A stretch of 64,000 nucleotides of DNA. Origin: Minisyncoccota bacterium. Lineage in GTDB: Bacteria; Patescibacteriota; Minisyncoccia; Phycocordibacterales; UBA918. Positions 18,891 through 29,257 of this stretch are shown in pieces; the first letter of the stretch is position 1, and each line of letters begins with the position of its first letter. A program made the position numbers and the translations under genes. The notes under the pieces are model-generated. The model did no database searches. It was not told where the DNA came from and worked only from the letters and a program-made list of their open reading frames with translations. The stretch spans positions 75,063-139,062 of the forward strand of contig JAWKSQ010000001.1 in NCBI GenBank assembly GCA_041389045.1. The letters run 5' to 3'.

Positions 18891-18964
18891 ACTACTTCAG
18901 TTTATTAACGGACCAGTACAAAATACACCTCACAAACCCTTAATTTCATGCAATACTAGAGGTA

Positions 18965-20665
18965 ATGGACACGCAAACACAGACTGGCTCTATTGCAGGT
19001 ATCCGTACTTACGCTAAAGACCTCGAAAGAAAAAAAGCCGAAAACGGTGCGGTTGACATGTCTACCGCAAAAAAGAAAGTCCCCGTTCCAATTGTTACTC
19101 TTAAAAAACCGGAAGAGCGTAAATACCAAGCTCCTAGCTGGACAGGTAACAAAAAACCAGTGCCACCTCCTCCAGGAAAAAAAGAAGCCATTGACGAAAA
19201 ACTGCCAGACATCCCTAAATCAACTTCAGAAACTAGTGAACCGACCTTAAAACCAATCTCCGCACCAAAACCAAATAAGGAAAGTAGCATTGTGATAGAT
19301 AACGAAGATGCTGCTTCGGCTGTTATTCTTAGTGACACTAAGAAAGATCGTTTCAAATTAGTACCAAGTATTTTTTCTTCGATCGCAGATTGGTTTGCTG
19401 AAATGAAACGCAAACGAGCTGCTAAAAAAATTCCTAAGTATACTGTACCTGACGCTACTAGAAGAAAGGGGGTTATTCAAAGAGCCACCTCTAAAACTGG
19501 TAAACTAACGACCTTTGACCACACTAGTATCCAGGAAAGAATCCGCGCACGAAAGGAACGATCTACTCCGAGAGAACCATTAACAATTTGGACAGCCAAA
19601 ACTGAGCCTGGTTATCCTTTACTGGAAGCTCCAGAAGAAGTCGTGTCAAACGTTCAAGTTTTCCCGAAGAAAAGTTTCCGTAGTCCGGCCACTCCGGTAG
19701 TAGAAGTACCGAAACCTGAACCGGTTATAGTAAAAGCTCCAGAGCCAATACCAGTAATCGAGAAAATTCCTGAGCCAGTAGTCAAAGTAGAACGACCACC
19801 TGTGGTTGTTCCACCACAACCAACAGTTTCGACTCAAGAGATAAAACAACCTGAACCAGAGACGCTAGTAGAAGAAGTTAACCTACCAGTTGAAACCGAA
19901 CCTGAAGCATCTGAAGTTGTCCCCGTTAAAAGAACGGTTCCAACTGAAGTCAGACCAATCACAAATTTAAATCCGAAATCTTTCAAAGAGTGGTTGTTTA
20001 TTATAAACACCAACGTAATCTCACTCGGTGTGGCCGGGATCGTCTTAGCACTAGTAGTAGTGGGTAGTGGCTTATATTTCTGGTACAGCTCACAGTCAGG
20101 ACAGCTTGAAATTATTGTTTCGCCCAACTATCCAGCGGCCCTGACTTCACCTCTTCAACCAGTAAAACTAACTGCCACGACCAAAGCTGACCTACTTAAT
20201 GTAGTTTCTGAAAATAACAACCAAAGTTCATTCGACGTACTACAACTAATTCTAGTTGACCCCCTATCTACTACTGGACTCATTCCAGCTTCTGAAGTTG
20301 CTTCTATCTTGAATCCAAATCTCAATGCCGCCTTCACGCAATCCTTAAAGTATATTTATTTTGGATCAGTCAGAAAAAATGATCCTTTTATCATCTTATC
20401 TATCACTGATCCAGCTACTGCTAAGGGAGGGATGTTGGCTTGGGAACTGAGCCTACACGATGACTTAGCTGGTTTATTTAAAAACACCGGCAACCTTCCA
20501 GCTACCAAGTTTAAGGATTCAGTCATTGAAAACACCGACGTACGTATATTAGAAAATGCTGACGGTAACAATACCCTCATCGTATATGGTACAGCGAATC
20601 GAGGCACTATAATCATTACTAATAAAGTTGAAACCTATAAGGAACTTATTGAGCTAATTAAATAA
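18965..20665 (+). CDS. proline-rich, single-pass membrane protein, unknown function
   Basis: 566-aa ORF with a Lys/Pro-rich N-terminal half containing PEP(V/I) periodicity. One TM segment (VISLGVAGIVLALVVVGSGLYFW) precedes a C-terminal domain. Confidence 0.5.
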   Translation: MDTQTQTGSIAGIRTYAKDLERKKAENGAVDMSTAKKKVPVPIVTLKKPEERKYQAPSWTGNKKPVPPPPGKKEAIDEKLPDIPKSTSETSEPTLKPISAPKPNKESSIVIDNEDAASAVILSDTKKDRFKLVPSIFSSIADWFAEMKRKRAAKKIPKYTVPDATRRKGVIQRATSKTGKLTTFDHTSIQERIRARKERSTPREPLTIWTAKTEPGYPLLEAPEEVVSNVQVFPKKSFRSPATPVVEVPKPEPVIVKAPEPIPVIEKIPEPVVKVERPPVVVPPQPTVSTQEIKQPEPETLVEEVNLPVETEPEASEVVPVKRTVPTEVRPITNLNPKSFKEWLFIINTNVISLGVAGIVLALVVVGSGLYFWYSSQSGQLEIIVSPNYPAALTSPLQPVKLTATTKADLLNVVSENNNQSSFDVLQLILVDPLSTTGLIPASEVASILNPNLNAAFTQSLKYIYFGSVRKNDPFIILSITDPATAKGGMLAWELSLHDDLAGLFKNTGNLPATKFKDSVIENTDVRILENADGNNTLIVYGTANRGTIIITNKVETYKELIELIK

Positions 20666-20667
20666 TT

Positions 20668-21042
20668 ATGATTGATACTAATACATTTAAGATTGAACTG
20701 GAGAAAAAATTAGCCACTATTATTAATGACCTAGAAACTATTGGCGTTTATGATGAAACGACTGACGACTGGCAAGCTGTCCCTGAAATAGAGGAACTCA
20801 GAGAGGCTGACGAAAATTCTGAAGCTGACGCCACTGAAGAGTGGAATGAGAGACGTGCTACTTTGTCGACTTTAGAAATTGAGTATCGCGACATCAAACG
20901 AGCGTTACAGAAAATTGAAGCCGGGACATTCGGTCTTTGTGAAATCTCCGGTGAAGCAATTGAGGAAGATCGACTGAAGTTCAAACCAACCGCTCGCACC
21001 TGCACCGCTCACATGGATGACGAAAGTCAGCTACCTCTATAA
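20668..21042 (+). CDS. DksA/TraR-family zinc-finger protein (non-canonical Cys pattern)
   Basis: 124-aa ORF with a coiled-coil-like acidic region followed by GLCEISGEAIEEDRL...ARTCTAH. Confidence 0.55.
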   Translation: MIDTNTFKIELEKKLATIINDLETIGVYDETTDDWQAVPEIEELREADENSEADATEEWNERRATLSTLEIEYRDIKRALQKIEAGTFGLCEISGEAIEEDRLKFKPTARTCTAHMDDESQLPL

Positions 21043-21045
21043 TTT

Positions 21046-22554
21046 ATGATTGCCACTGTCTACACAGTCCAACCCCATGTCATGCAGGGAACCATTGTGT
21101 GTATTGAAGCAGACCTCTCACGAGGTCTGCATTCGTTTTCGATAGTTGGTCTCGCTGGTAAAGCGATCGAGGAATCAAAAGACCGAATCAGTAGTGCCAT
21201 CAAACATACCGGCTTTGATTCCCCTAAAAGCAAAAACCAAAAGATTACTATTTCACTTTCACCAGCCGACCTAAAGAAAGAAGGACCATTGTTTGACCTA
21301 CCGATTGCTATTGCTTATCTAGTAGCTAGTGGGGAATTAACATTTAGCGAAAAAATAATTTTCATTGGTGAACTAGGTCTTGATGGCACTCTTAAACCAG
21401 TCAAGGGAGTTTTAAATGTGGTGTTAGCCGCTAAGGAAAACGGTTTCACAAAAGTGATAGTGCCAGAAGATAATGCCCTAGAAGCAGCCCTGGTAGAAGG
21501 GATGGAAATCTACAAAGCAAAAGACTTACGGACTGTCATGGACCATTGCGATCAAACTAGTGAGACGCACAAACTTATTGCACCAGAAGTTTTAACGACC
21601 TTGGACGAAAACTGGAACGAGGGGAAAGTTCTACTCGAAGATATAAAAGGGCAAGAGAGTGCCAAGCGAGCGTTGACGATCGCGGCGGCCGGCAGACACA
21701 ACGTGATATTAGTCGGACCACCTGGTACTGGTAAGACCATGTTAGCCCGTGCCTTTCAAAGTCTTTTACCACCACTAAGTAGAGAAGAGGCTCTGGCCGT
21801 AACTGCTATACACTCTCTAACTGGCACTATTACGAACATTTCCAGCCGACCGCCATTTAGAGCCCCGCACCATACTGCTTCCTATACCGCTTTGGTTGGT
21901 GGTGGAACACAGCCTAAACCAGGAGAAGTAACCTTGGCTCACAAAGGGGTTTTATTTATGGATGAATTTCCTGAGTTTGAAAGACGGTGCCTTGACGCCC
22001 TAAGACAACCACTCGAAGATAGGGTGGTCAGTATCTCAAGAGTCCAGGGAACAGCTTTGTTCCCGGCCGACTTTATTTTAGTTGCCGCTCTAAATCCCTA
22101 CCGGGGAAAGGAAGATGGTACCACTGATTTAGCTAGAGCTATGCAAGAAACTTACCGCGGTAAAATATCCGGACCAATTTTAGATCGTATTGATCTCTGG
22201 ATCGAAGTCCCGCACGTTGATTATAAAACTCTATCCAGCTTAGAAACTAAGACTAACGAAACGACCATCGTCCGAGACAAAATACTGTCAGCTAGAAAAA
22301 TCCAAAGTGAGCGTTTAACGGGTAGAGGGATCAACACTAACTCCGCTATGACTAGTCGTGATATTGATCATTGTCTAAAAATATCAAAAGAAGTCTCTAA
22401 CCTACTCGAAACATCGTCAACAAAACTCAATCTGTCACCCCGTGGCTATCATCGCTTACTCAAAGTTTCTAGAACCATTGCTGACTTAGATGGGGAGGAA
22501 GACATTTTAACTAAACACGTACTCGAAGCTTTACAATATCGAACACCAGCCTAA
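21046..22554 (+). CDS. YifB/ComM family Mg-chelatase-like AAA+ ATPase
   Basis: 502-aa ORF with an N-terminal Lon-like domain, Walker A GPPGTGKTML, Walker B VLFMDEFPEF and the typical C-terminal ALQYR. Confidence 0.9.
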   Translation: MIATVYTVQPHVMQGTIVCIEADLSRGLHSFSIVGLAGKAIEESKDRISSAIKHTGFDSPKSKNQKITISLSPADLKKEGPLFDLPIAIAYLVASGELTFSEKIIFIGELGLDGTLKPVKGVLNVVLAAKENGFTKVIVPEDNALEAALVEGMEIYKAKDLRTVMDHCDQTSETHKLIAPEVLTTLDENWNEGKVLLEDIKGQESAKRALTIAAAGRHNVILVGPPGTGKTMLARAFQSLLPPLSREEALAVTAIHSLTGTITNISSRPPFRAPHHTASYTALVGGGTQPKPGEVTLAHKGVLFMDEFPEFERRCLDALRQPLEDRVVSISRVQGTALFPADFILVAALNPYRGKEDGTTDLARAMQETYRGKISGPILDRIDLWIEVPHVDYKTLSSLETKTNETTIVRDKILSARKIQSERLTGRGINTNSAMTSRDIDHCLKISKEVSNLLETSSTKLNLSPRGYHRLLKVSRTIADLDGEEDILTKHVLEALQYRTPA

Positions 22555-22584
22555 AACAAAAGCCCCTATAGGGGCTTTTGTTTT
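22554..22584. terminator. bidirectional terminator hairpin
   Basis: aaaacaaaagcccc-tata-ggggcttttgtttt lies between convergent genes. Confidence 0.7.
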
Positions 22585-22600
22585 AGGCTCTTCTTTTAGA

Positions 22601-23620
22601 TTAAAAAGGATTACTAGCACCACGAACTTCAAAGTGTAGGTGTGAACCAGTCGATCTACCAGTGTTTCCCACTGCACCAATCACTTCACCTTGGCTGACA
22701 TAAGCCCCAACACCGACACTGTTAGCAGAAAGGTGAGCGTAAAGTGTTTGCGCACCATTCTTATGTTTAATTACAATATACTGACCATAACCACCATTCC
22801 AACCAGAACTTTTAGAAACAATAACTTCTCCGGCACCAGCTGATCTGACACTCGCGCCATTTTTAGCTGCCAAGTCAACAGCGTTGTAACCATGTATACC
22901 CTGGGAACGTACTGAGCCCGGTAACGGGTGAGTAAGCCAACTTCCACCAGAAACTCCGGTGGAAGATTTGGCTACTGAAGAAGTGACGGGGACTGACTTA
23001 ATCTGACCACCAGGTACTACCACCGTTTCTCCAACTACTAAGTCATTGTTAGAAGTTAGATGATTGTAGGCTAACACCTCGTCGACATCACCGTCATACT
23101 TTTTAGCGATAGAATTAATAGTGTCACCCTTCTTTACAATATGTTGTACACCGGCAATTGGTAAAATAATGAGAGTCTGGCCCTCTCTAATAGAGGTAGC
23201 TTTTGGCAAGTCGTTAGCCCAAAGTATCGTATTGGCAGTAACACCATACATATCAGCAATATGTGAAAGGGTGTCTCCAGACCTAACGGTATAAACACTA
23301 ATTTCTCCTGTGGCACTCTTTCTAGAAGCAATAACGTCATCTCCAACTGGACCAGAAGAAACTAGGGCTCCCTCGTTAACCAAGACCTCTGCTCCTCCAC
23401 GTGAACCTTGCGGGTTTGGATTTTGTAGCGCTGACAACACTGATTCATCAATAGCTGAGGTCAGAACAGGGGATTCACTTAAAGTGGTTTCAGGACTAGC
23501 CTTTACACTCTTAAAAAAACCAGAATGCAAAGAAACTGGAACCACAATAACAGCTAAGAAAAGCGCCCACTCGAAGAAATTCCAGTGATAGGGCAACGCC
23601 TTCTCGGCATTATCTGTCAT
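22601..23620 (-). CDS. LysM-domain M23 peptidoglycan endopeptidase
   Basis: It has two LysM repeats (YTVRSGDTLSHIADMYGV..., HIVKKGDTINSIAKKYDG...) and an M23 domain (GNTGRSTGSHLHFEV). The ORF track extends to 23833, but the Met at 23620 precedes the TM anchor and is the more plausible start. Confidence 0.85.
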   Translation of the reverse strand: MTDNAEKALPYHWNFFEWALFLAVIVVPVSLHSGFFKSVKASPETTLSESPVLTSAIDESVLSALQNPNPQGSRGGAEVLVNEGALVSSGPVGDDVIASRKSATGEISVYTVRSGDTLSHIADMYGVTANTILWANDLPKATSIREGQTLIILPIAGVQHIVKKGDTINSIAKKYDGDVDEVLAYNHLTSNNDLVVGETVVVPGGQIKSVPVTSSVAKSSTGVSGGSWLTHPLPGSVRSQGIHGYNAVDLAAKNGASVRSAGAGEVIVSKSSGWNGGYGQYIVIKHKNGAQTLYAHLSANSVGVGAYVSQGEVIGAVGNTGRSTGSHLHFEVRGASNPF

Positions 23621-23994
23621 CTGACCAATAATCGAATTTTTGTGATTATGTTCAGAATCTTTTTCGGTACGTTTTATAAGTAATTTTTTATGGACTCGCC
23701 GCTGTACTTCCACTACGGTATATCGGAAACAAAAAGAGCCACACAGGTGCAGCTCAAAATGCACTCTACCCAAAATCTTTTGGTATGCGTAAATTGTACT
23801 AGAACCCCAGGCAGGAGCAATTGACGAATTCACATATTCTACCCAGACTTTGACAAGGTCTGGCGAGGGTTACTTTCTAAGCCTACTTTAGACGTTGACA
23901 ACACTTAAATAGCACTTCCTAATTTAACAGTCTCGATATTTTTGATAGGAAGAGGATTTTACTCACCTTGGCATGTTATAGTATTTTACTTCTT

Positions 23995-25956
23995 ATGGAC
24001 CACGGACAAAAATATCTCGAAGGTTTAAACGCTGAACAAAAAAATGCCGTGCTAAAAACCGAGGGACCCCTCCTGATTCTCGCCGGGGCTGGTTCCGGAA
24101 AAACCCGTGTTATTACTCATAGAATCGTTCATTTAATACATACGGGCGTAGCCCCACACAATATATTAGCCGTCACCTTCACCAATAAAGCCGCGAAGGA
24201 GATGCGCGAACGAGTAGAAAGTCTCGTTCATAAATATCCGCCAAGTGAGCGGGCTGTCATTGACTCTCTGCCGGTAGTAACCACTTTTCACGCCCTGGGA
24301 GTTAGGCTACTACGGGAATTTCATGAGTATTTGGGGCTACCTAGACATTTCACTATCTATGATCGCAGTGACAGCCTGCGCGCTGTAAAACAGGCTTTGG
24401 AGCAAGCTAACTACAATCCAAAGGAATTTGAACCGAAGAAAATCCTCAGTAAAATTTCAAGGGCTAAGGGCGATGCTCTAAGCATGGCTTCATTTAAAGC
24501 CAGTGCGGATAGTTTTCCTGATCAAGTAGCGGCCACGGTTTGGGAAAAGTACGAAAGTATCCTTAAAGCAGAACATGCTCTAGACTTTGACGATCTGCTG
24601 GTAAAAACACTTCACCTTATTACGGCTAATCCACCCGTACGCGACATATTGCAAAATAGATACAAATACATCCATGTCGACGAGTACCAGGACACTAATG
24701 CCGTGCAGTTTTCAATTGCCAAAGCTCTCTGTAGTGAGAAGCAAAATCTTTGCGTAGTAGGGGACATTGATCAAAATATCTACTCTTGGCGCGGAGCAGA
24801 CATAAAGAACGTTTTACAATTTGAAAATCAATTTCCAACCGCTCACACCATTTTACTTGAAGAAAACTACCGCTCCACCAAAACCATCATCGCCGCTAGT
24901 AACGATATTATCGAAAAAAATAAAAACCGTATTCCCAAAGCAGTCTTTACCAGTAACGGTGAAGGGGAGAAAATTTCTCTTTACGCGGCCATGACAGGAA
25001 CTGATGAAGCCGAGTATATTGCTCTCACGGCGCAGTCATTAATTGAAGGTGGGCGAAGACCATCAGATATTGCCGTTTTATATCGAACTAACTTTCAATC
25101 ACGCGCGCTCGAAGAAGCCTTCCTGAACTTTGCTATTCCATACCAGTTGCTGGGCACTAAGTTTTATGAACGTAAGGAAATTAAAGATGTCCTTTCCTAT
25201 CTTAGACTGGCCATGAACCCTGGTAGTACCGCTGACTTAGTCCGTATTATCAACGAACCAGCTCGCGGTATTGGTAAAGTCACCATGCTTAAAGTCGTAG
25301 AAGGGAAGCGCAGTGAGCTCAAGGGAGCCACTTTAGAAAAAGTCAGTCGCTTTGACCAAATGATGAGTGACATCACTGACGAAGCAAAAACCAAGCCGCT
25401 ATCGGAAACCTTAAAATTTATTATCAAGCGAACCGGGATTGAAGTGGAACTTAAAAAAAGTGGTACTGAGGACGATTTATCACGCTTAGAAAACTTGCAA
25501 GAACTGGTGTCGCTAGCTAAAAGATACGACGAGCAAGATCCCGAGTCTGCTATCGAAACTTTGATAGAAACAGCAGCCCTCCAAAGTGACCAAGATGAAC
25601 TCAAAGAAAAAGAAGAACAAGACGCCGTCAGACTAATGACCATTCATGCTGCTAAAGGCCTGGAATTTCCTTGTGTCTTCATTAGTGGCTTAGAAGAAGG
25701 TCTCTTTCCACACGAAAGACTAGACGACACTGGGATTGACCATGAAGAAGAGCGTCGACTATTTTATGTCGCCCTCACTCGCGCTTCAGAAAAAGTATTT
25801 TTAACCTACGCGCATATGCGGACCATCTACGGTAGCCAAAGGATAAATGTTCCATCGTCTTTCTTAAATGATATTAAAACTGAACATATCGAATCGACCA
25901 ACCCTAAAGGTTTTGGTGGTGAGTCTGGCTACGAAGCAACCATCTTCCTTGATTAA
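23995..25956 (+). CDS. pcrA: ATP-dependent DNA helicase PcrA/UvrD family
   Basis: Walker A AGAGSGKTRV, VDEYQDTN and SF1 helicase motifs throughout. An ATG lies at 23995 inside the TTG-initiated ORF that starts at 23968. Confidence 0.9.
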   Translation: MDHGQKYLEGLNAEQKNAVLKTEGPLLILAGAGSGKTRVITHRIVHLIHTGVAPHNILAVTFTNKAAKEMRERVESLVHKYPPSERAVIDSLPVVTTFHALGVRLLREFHEYLGLPRHFTIYDRSDSLRAVKQALEQANYNPKEFEPKKILSKISRAKGDALSMASFKASADSFPDQVAATVWEKYESILKAEHALDFDDLLVKTLHLITANPPVRDILQNRYKYIHVDEYQDTNAVQFSIAKALCSEKQNLCVVGDIDQNIYSWRGADIKNVLQFENQFPTAHTILLEENYRSTKTIIAASNDIIEKNKNRIPKAVFTSNGEGEKISLYAAMTGTDEAEYIALTAQSLIEGGRRPSDIAVLYRTNFQSRALEEAFLNFAIPYQLLGTKFYERKEIKDVLSYLRLAMNPGSTADLVRIINEPARGIGKVTMLKVVEGKRSELKGATLEKVSRFDQMMSDITDEAKTKPLSETLKFIIKRTGIEVELKKSGTEDDLSRLENLQELVSLAKRYDEQDPESAIETLIETAALQSDQDELKEKEEQDAVRLMTIHAAKGLEFPCVFISGLEEGLFPHERLDDTGIDHEEERRLFYVALTRASEKVFLTYAHMRTIYGSQRINVPSSFLNDIKTEHIESTNPKGFGGESGYEATIFLD

Positions 25957-25983
25957 CCCACTATTGCTATTTGTACTAGGACT

Positions 25984-26841
25984 TTGTATGCTCGAAGGGT
26001 GAAACAAACTAAGGCCAGAGACCAAGAAAAACCAGATGCTTTCAAACATAAGAAATCACTCGGACAAAATTTCCTCACTAGCGATGTGGTGCCAAACTGG
26101 CTATGCGACTCAGCCGACCTTAAACGTGGTGAGACCGTCCTCGAGATTGGTCCTGGCACCGGTCGACTAACGAAAGTCCTTCTCGAAAGAGGGGTTCGAG
26201 TCATCGCTGTGGAAGCCGATGCCCGCGCTGTAGCTAGTTTGAAAAAGACTTTCGACCAAGCTCTAGCAAAAGGCAGTCTCACTATCCATCACGGTGATTC
26301 TAGAGAAATCACTCCCGAAACTCTTGGTCTAAGGGATAAAGAATTTAAGGTAGTAGCTAACATTCCTTATTATTTATCAGGAATTTTACTACGATCTTTA
26401 CTGGAATCAGCCATTCAACCCACGACTTTGGTCTTTTTAATGCAAAAGGAGCTAGTTCACCGGATAACTAGGGATAAAAAAGGGTCTTTACTGGCCCTTG
26501 GGGTAAGAGTTTTTGGTGAAGTGAGCTACGTTAAAACCGTAACCCGAGGTCACTTTGTACCAATGCCGAAGGTTGATTCAGCCATTTTAGCTGTTACCAA
26601 CATAAATCGTGATAATTTCATTGACTTGGATCCAGAATTTTTCTTTACCATTCTACACCTTGGACTTGGTAAAAAGCGTAAACAACTCCTATCTAACCTA
26701 ACCGAAAGTTGGCACCGTGAGGATTTAGAAAATATTTTTACCAACCTAGATCTACCTTTAACAGTCCGGGGAGAAGACCTACCACTAGAAACCTGGCTTA
26801 GCTTAGCTAATCAGCTAAAAGCCCTACCGCTTGAGGATTGA
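25984..26841 (+). CDS. rsmA: 16S rRNA (adenine1518/1519-N6)-dimethyltransferase
   Basis: 285-aa ORF with KKSLGQNFL, the SAM motif LEIGPGTGRLT and NIPYY. Confidence 0.9.
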   Translation: MYARRVKQTKARDQEKPDAFKHKKSLGQNFLTSDVVPNWLCDSADLKRGETVLEIGPGTGRLTKVLLERGVRVIAVEADARAVASLKKTFDQALAKGSLTIHHGDSREITPETLGLRDKEFKVVANIPYYLSGILLRSLLESAIQPTTLVFLMQKELVHRITRDKKGSLLALGVRVFGEVSYVKTVTRGHFVPMPKVDSAILAVTNINRDNFIDLDPEFFFTILHLGLGKKRKQLLSNLTESWHREDLENIFTNLDLPLTVRGEDLPLETWLSLANQLKALPLED

Positions 26842-26916
26842 TTTAGACTAAATGTCATACACAGGTATAGATAAAACTTCGTCATATATCTAGTTATTGA
26901 CTGCTATAATAAAACC

Positions 26917-27819
26917 ATGGATTACTCTCGTAACCCCAAAGTCATTGGTGCTTTTTTGGTTGGTTTTGCTATGGTGGCCGGAGCTTATTTAGCCAACAAC
27001 TTTGGCGAACCTAGAGTCGGATTACCTAGCGTACCCCTAGCAGTTGCTGACACAGCTCCAGCTAGAGTTTTCATCCCCACCAGCGACCAGAATGCCGACG
27101 GACTAGAAGATTGGCGCGATCAATTTATTTCGGCTCCAGCCGTTAACCTAGCAGAAGGGGATGTAGAGGAGGTCTACACGCCACCAACTACTCTGACTGG
27201 CCAACTTGGCGTCTCTATTATGGAGGGGCTTATTACCGTGAAGGGCGCTGGTTCCTTGGGCAAATCTGAAGAAATGGTAGTTAGTGACGCTATTAAACAA
27301 CTTGAAAGGGTAGCCACTGCTGACATTATTTATGATGTCCGCGATATTATTATCTCGGAAGATTATTCTGACGAAACTATTCGTAGCTACGGTAACGCCT
27401 TAGCCAACATTTTGATTACCGAAAGTGCACCAGACATGCGCAATGAACTAGTTATCCTACGTGACTATCTAGAAAGCGGTAAAGCGGAGGATCTGGCAGA
27501 CTTAAAGAAACTAGCTTCCGTCTACAAGAATTATCGTGATGCTACTTTAAATACCCCGGTACCAAAGATATTTGTGAAGGAACATCTCGACCTCATTAAT
27601 GTCTACAATGCCCTCTATACAGACTTAGACACTATGACCAAAGCCAGTGAAGACCCGATGCTTCCTTATGTTAGACTTAAGCGATATGAAGACGATGTTA
27701 ATGGCATGGCTTTGGCAATGACTAATATCTATGACGCCCTGGTACCTTACGCGAGAGTCTTTAGGATGAACGACTCAGTCATGATGTTTGCCAACCTCAA
27801 CGCCGTTTTAACTAATTAA
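26917..27819 (+). CDS. membrane-anchored protein, first gene of the T4SS-like operon; unknown function
   Basis: 300-aa ORF with an N-terminal TM (VIGAFLVGFAMVAGAYL). It is on the same strand as, and 7 nt from, the next gene. Confidence 0.4.
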   Translation: MDYSRNPKVIGAFLVGFAMVAGAYLANNFGEPRVGLPSVPLAVADTAPARVFIPTSDQNADGLEDWRDQFISAPAVNLAEGDVEEVYTPPTTLTGQLGVSIMEGLITVKGAGSLGKSEEMVVSDAIKQLERVATADIIYDVRDIIISEDYSDETIRSYGNALANILITESAPDMRNELVILRDYLESGKAEDLADLKKLASVYKNYRDATLNTPVPKIFVKEHLDLINVYNALYTDLDTMTKASEDPMLPYVRLKRYEDDVNGMALAMTNIYDALVPYARVFRMNDSVMMFANLNAVLTN

Positions 27820-27826
27820 CTAATAT

Positions 27827-29254
27827 ATGAACACTCTAAACAAAATCATTGAACGAGGACTCATCACCATCTTTGCTCTATGTTTTAGTTTTGTTAGTTT
27901 GTATATTCCAAATTATTTTAGTAAGCCAGAGGTAGTAGAAGCTGGTCTTGCTGGAGGTGGAGCTACTGAGGTTACCCAGATACTAAATAATATTGAACTT
28001 TTAGGAGTGAATGCTTGGACGTCTATTTCAGCCACTGCTGACACAATAACTTCAGCCATGACCTCAAACCAATGGATCAAGGATAACGTCTTAGACGGTA
28101 TTGGCTGGTCTTTGGCTAAAGGTATTCTCTCAACCATGACCTCCAGCATCGTCAACTGGATAAATTCCGGCTTTAAAGGCAGTCCAACTTTTGTGCAAGA
28201 CATCAGCAATTATTTACTTGAAGCGGGAGACAAAGCTATCGGCCAGTATCTAGAGCAACTAGGTGGACCGATGTCATTTATTTGTTCTCCCTTTAAACTC
28301 GACGTCCGCCTGGCGGTCGCTATCGAATACGACCAGGTACGAGACGTTAAAACCGCTCAGCCAGCTTCTACTTGTAGCCTAACTGGTGTCATGCGCAATC
28401 TAGAAGGTTTTGTAAACGGCACCGAAAACTTCGTTGATGCAGGCGGTTGGGACGCTTGGTTTAGAATCACCTCAAACCCAAGCACTTATACCCCTTATGG
28501 TTCTGTCCTAGCGGCTAAAGCTGGTGCTAATGCTCGTATTATTAATGCTCGCGGGGAAGAGATTAAGCTCCTGGACTTTGGTGACGGTTTTCTATCAAGT
28601 AAAATCTGCGAAACTGTCCACGGAGCTGGTACTAGTCGTGACAACTGCTTTGTTTCCACTCCTGGTAAAGTGATTAGTGAGGCTTTAACCTTCCAACTCT
28701 CAACCGGACCAAGAACCCTTATCGAAGCGGACGAAATCAACGAAATTGTTGGAGCGCTATTTGGTCAACTAACTAAACAAGTCATTACCGGAGCAGCCGG
28801 ACTACTTGGTCTTTCGGGTGGTACTGGTTACACCTACTCTGGGGTACCACTCACCACCCAAGTAGCGGCTTCTGGCTTTACTTCTGACCCATCGCAACTA
28901 AATACTCTGTTGACCGAAGCACGTAGTCGTGAAGTTGATCTTCGCTTACTCACTTTTGTCTACGCCCCACAGCTAGAAGATTACTCAGAAAATATTAGTA
29001 ATAATTCTGGCCGTCGCGCCTCAGCTGAAACCGCTCTAGATGAAATTACTACCCTCCAGACTACTACCCTAAATAACATCGCTACTCTGGACGGACTAAT
29101 TAGCAGATTTAACAACATTCCACCACCAGCTTCAGATGAAGAAAAGGGTGCTTTACTACAAGGGATTGCTAACGACTACTTTGCCCTAAGTAAACTACAC
29201 ACTAAAGCCGAGGTTGATAGCTACGAAAGATACTGGCAGGGATTACTGCGATAA
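27827..29254 (+). CDS. T4SS-locus protein, N-terminal TM, unknown function
   Basis: 475-aa ORF tightly packed in the operon. No motif is recognised. Confidence 0.4.
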   Translation: MNTLNKIIERGLITIFALCFSFVSLYIPNYFSKPEVVEAGLAGGGATEVTQILNNIELLGVNAWTSISATADTITSAMTSNQWIKDNVLDGIGWSLAKGILSTMTSSIVNWINSGFKGSPTFVQDISNYLLEAGDKAIGQYLEQLGGPMSFICSPFKLDVRLAVAIEYDQVRDVKTAQPASTCSLTGVMRNLEGFVNGTENFVDAGGWDAWFRITSNPSTYTPYGSVLAAKAGANARIINARGEEIKLLDFGDGFLSSKICETVHGAGTSRDNCFVSTPGKVISEALTFQLSTGPRTLIEADEINEIVGALFGQLTKQVITGAAGLLGLSGGTGYTYSGVPLTTQVAASGFTSDPSQLNTLLTEARSREVDLRLLTFVYAPQLEDYSENISNNSGRRASAETALDEITTLQTTTLNNIATLDGLISRFNNIPPPASDEEKGALLQGIANDYFALSKLHTKAEVDSYERYWQGLLR

Positions 29255-29257
29255 AAT

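Noticed and set aside
23621-23833. The 71-aa N-terminal extension of the LysM/M23 peptidase ORF.
   Set aside because: The extension is Cys/His/Arg-rich, non-hydrophobic and precedes the obvious signal-anchor. The Met at 23620 gives a normal architecture.
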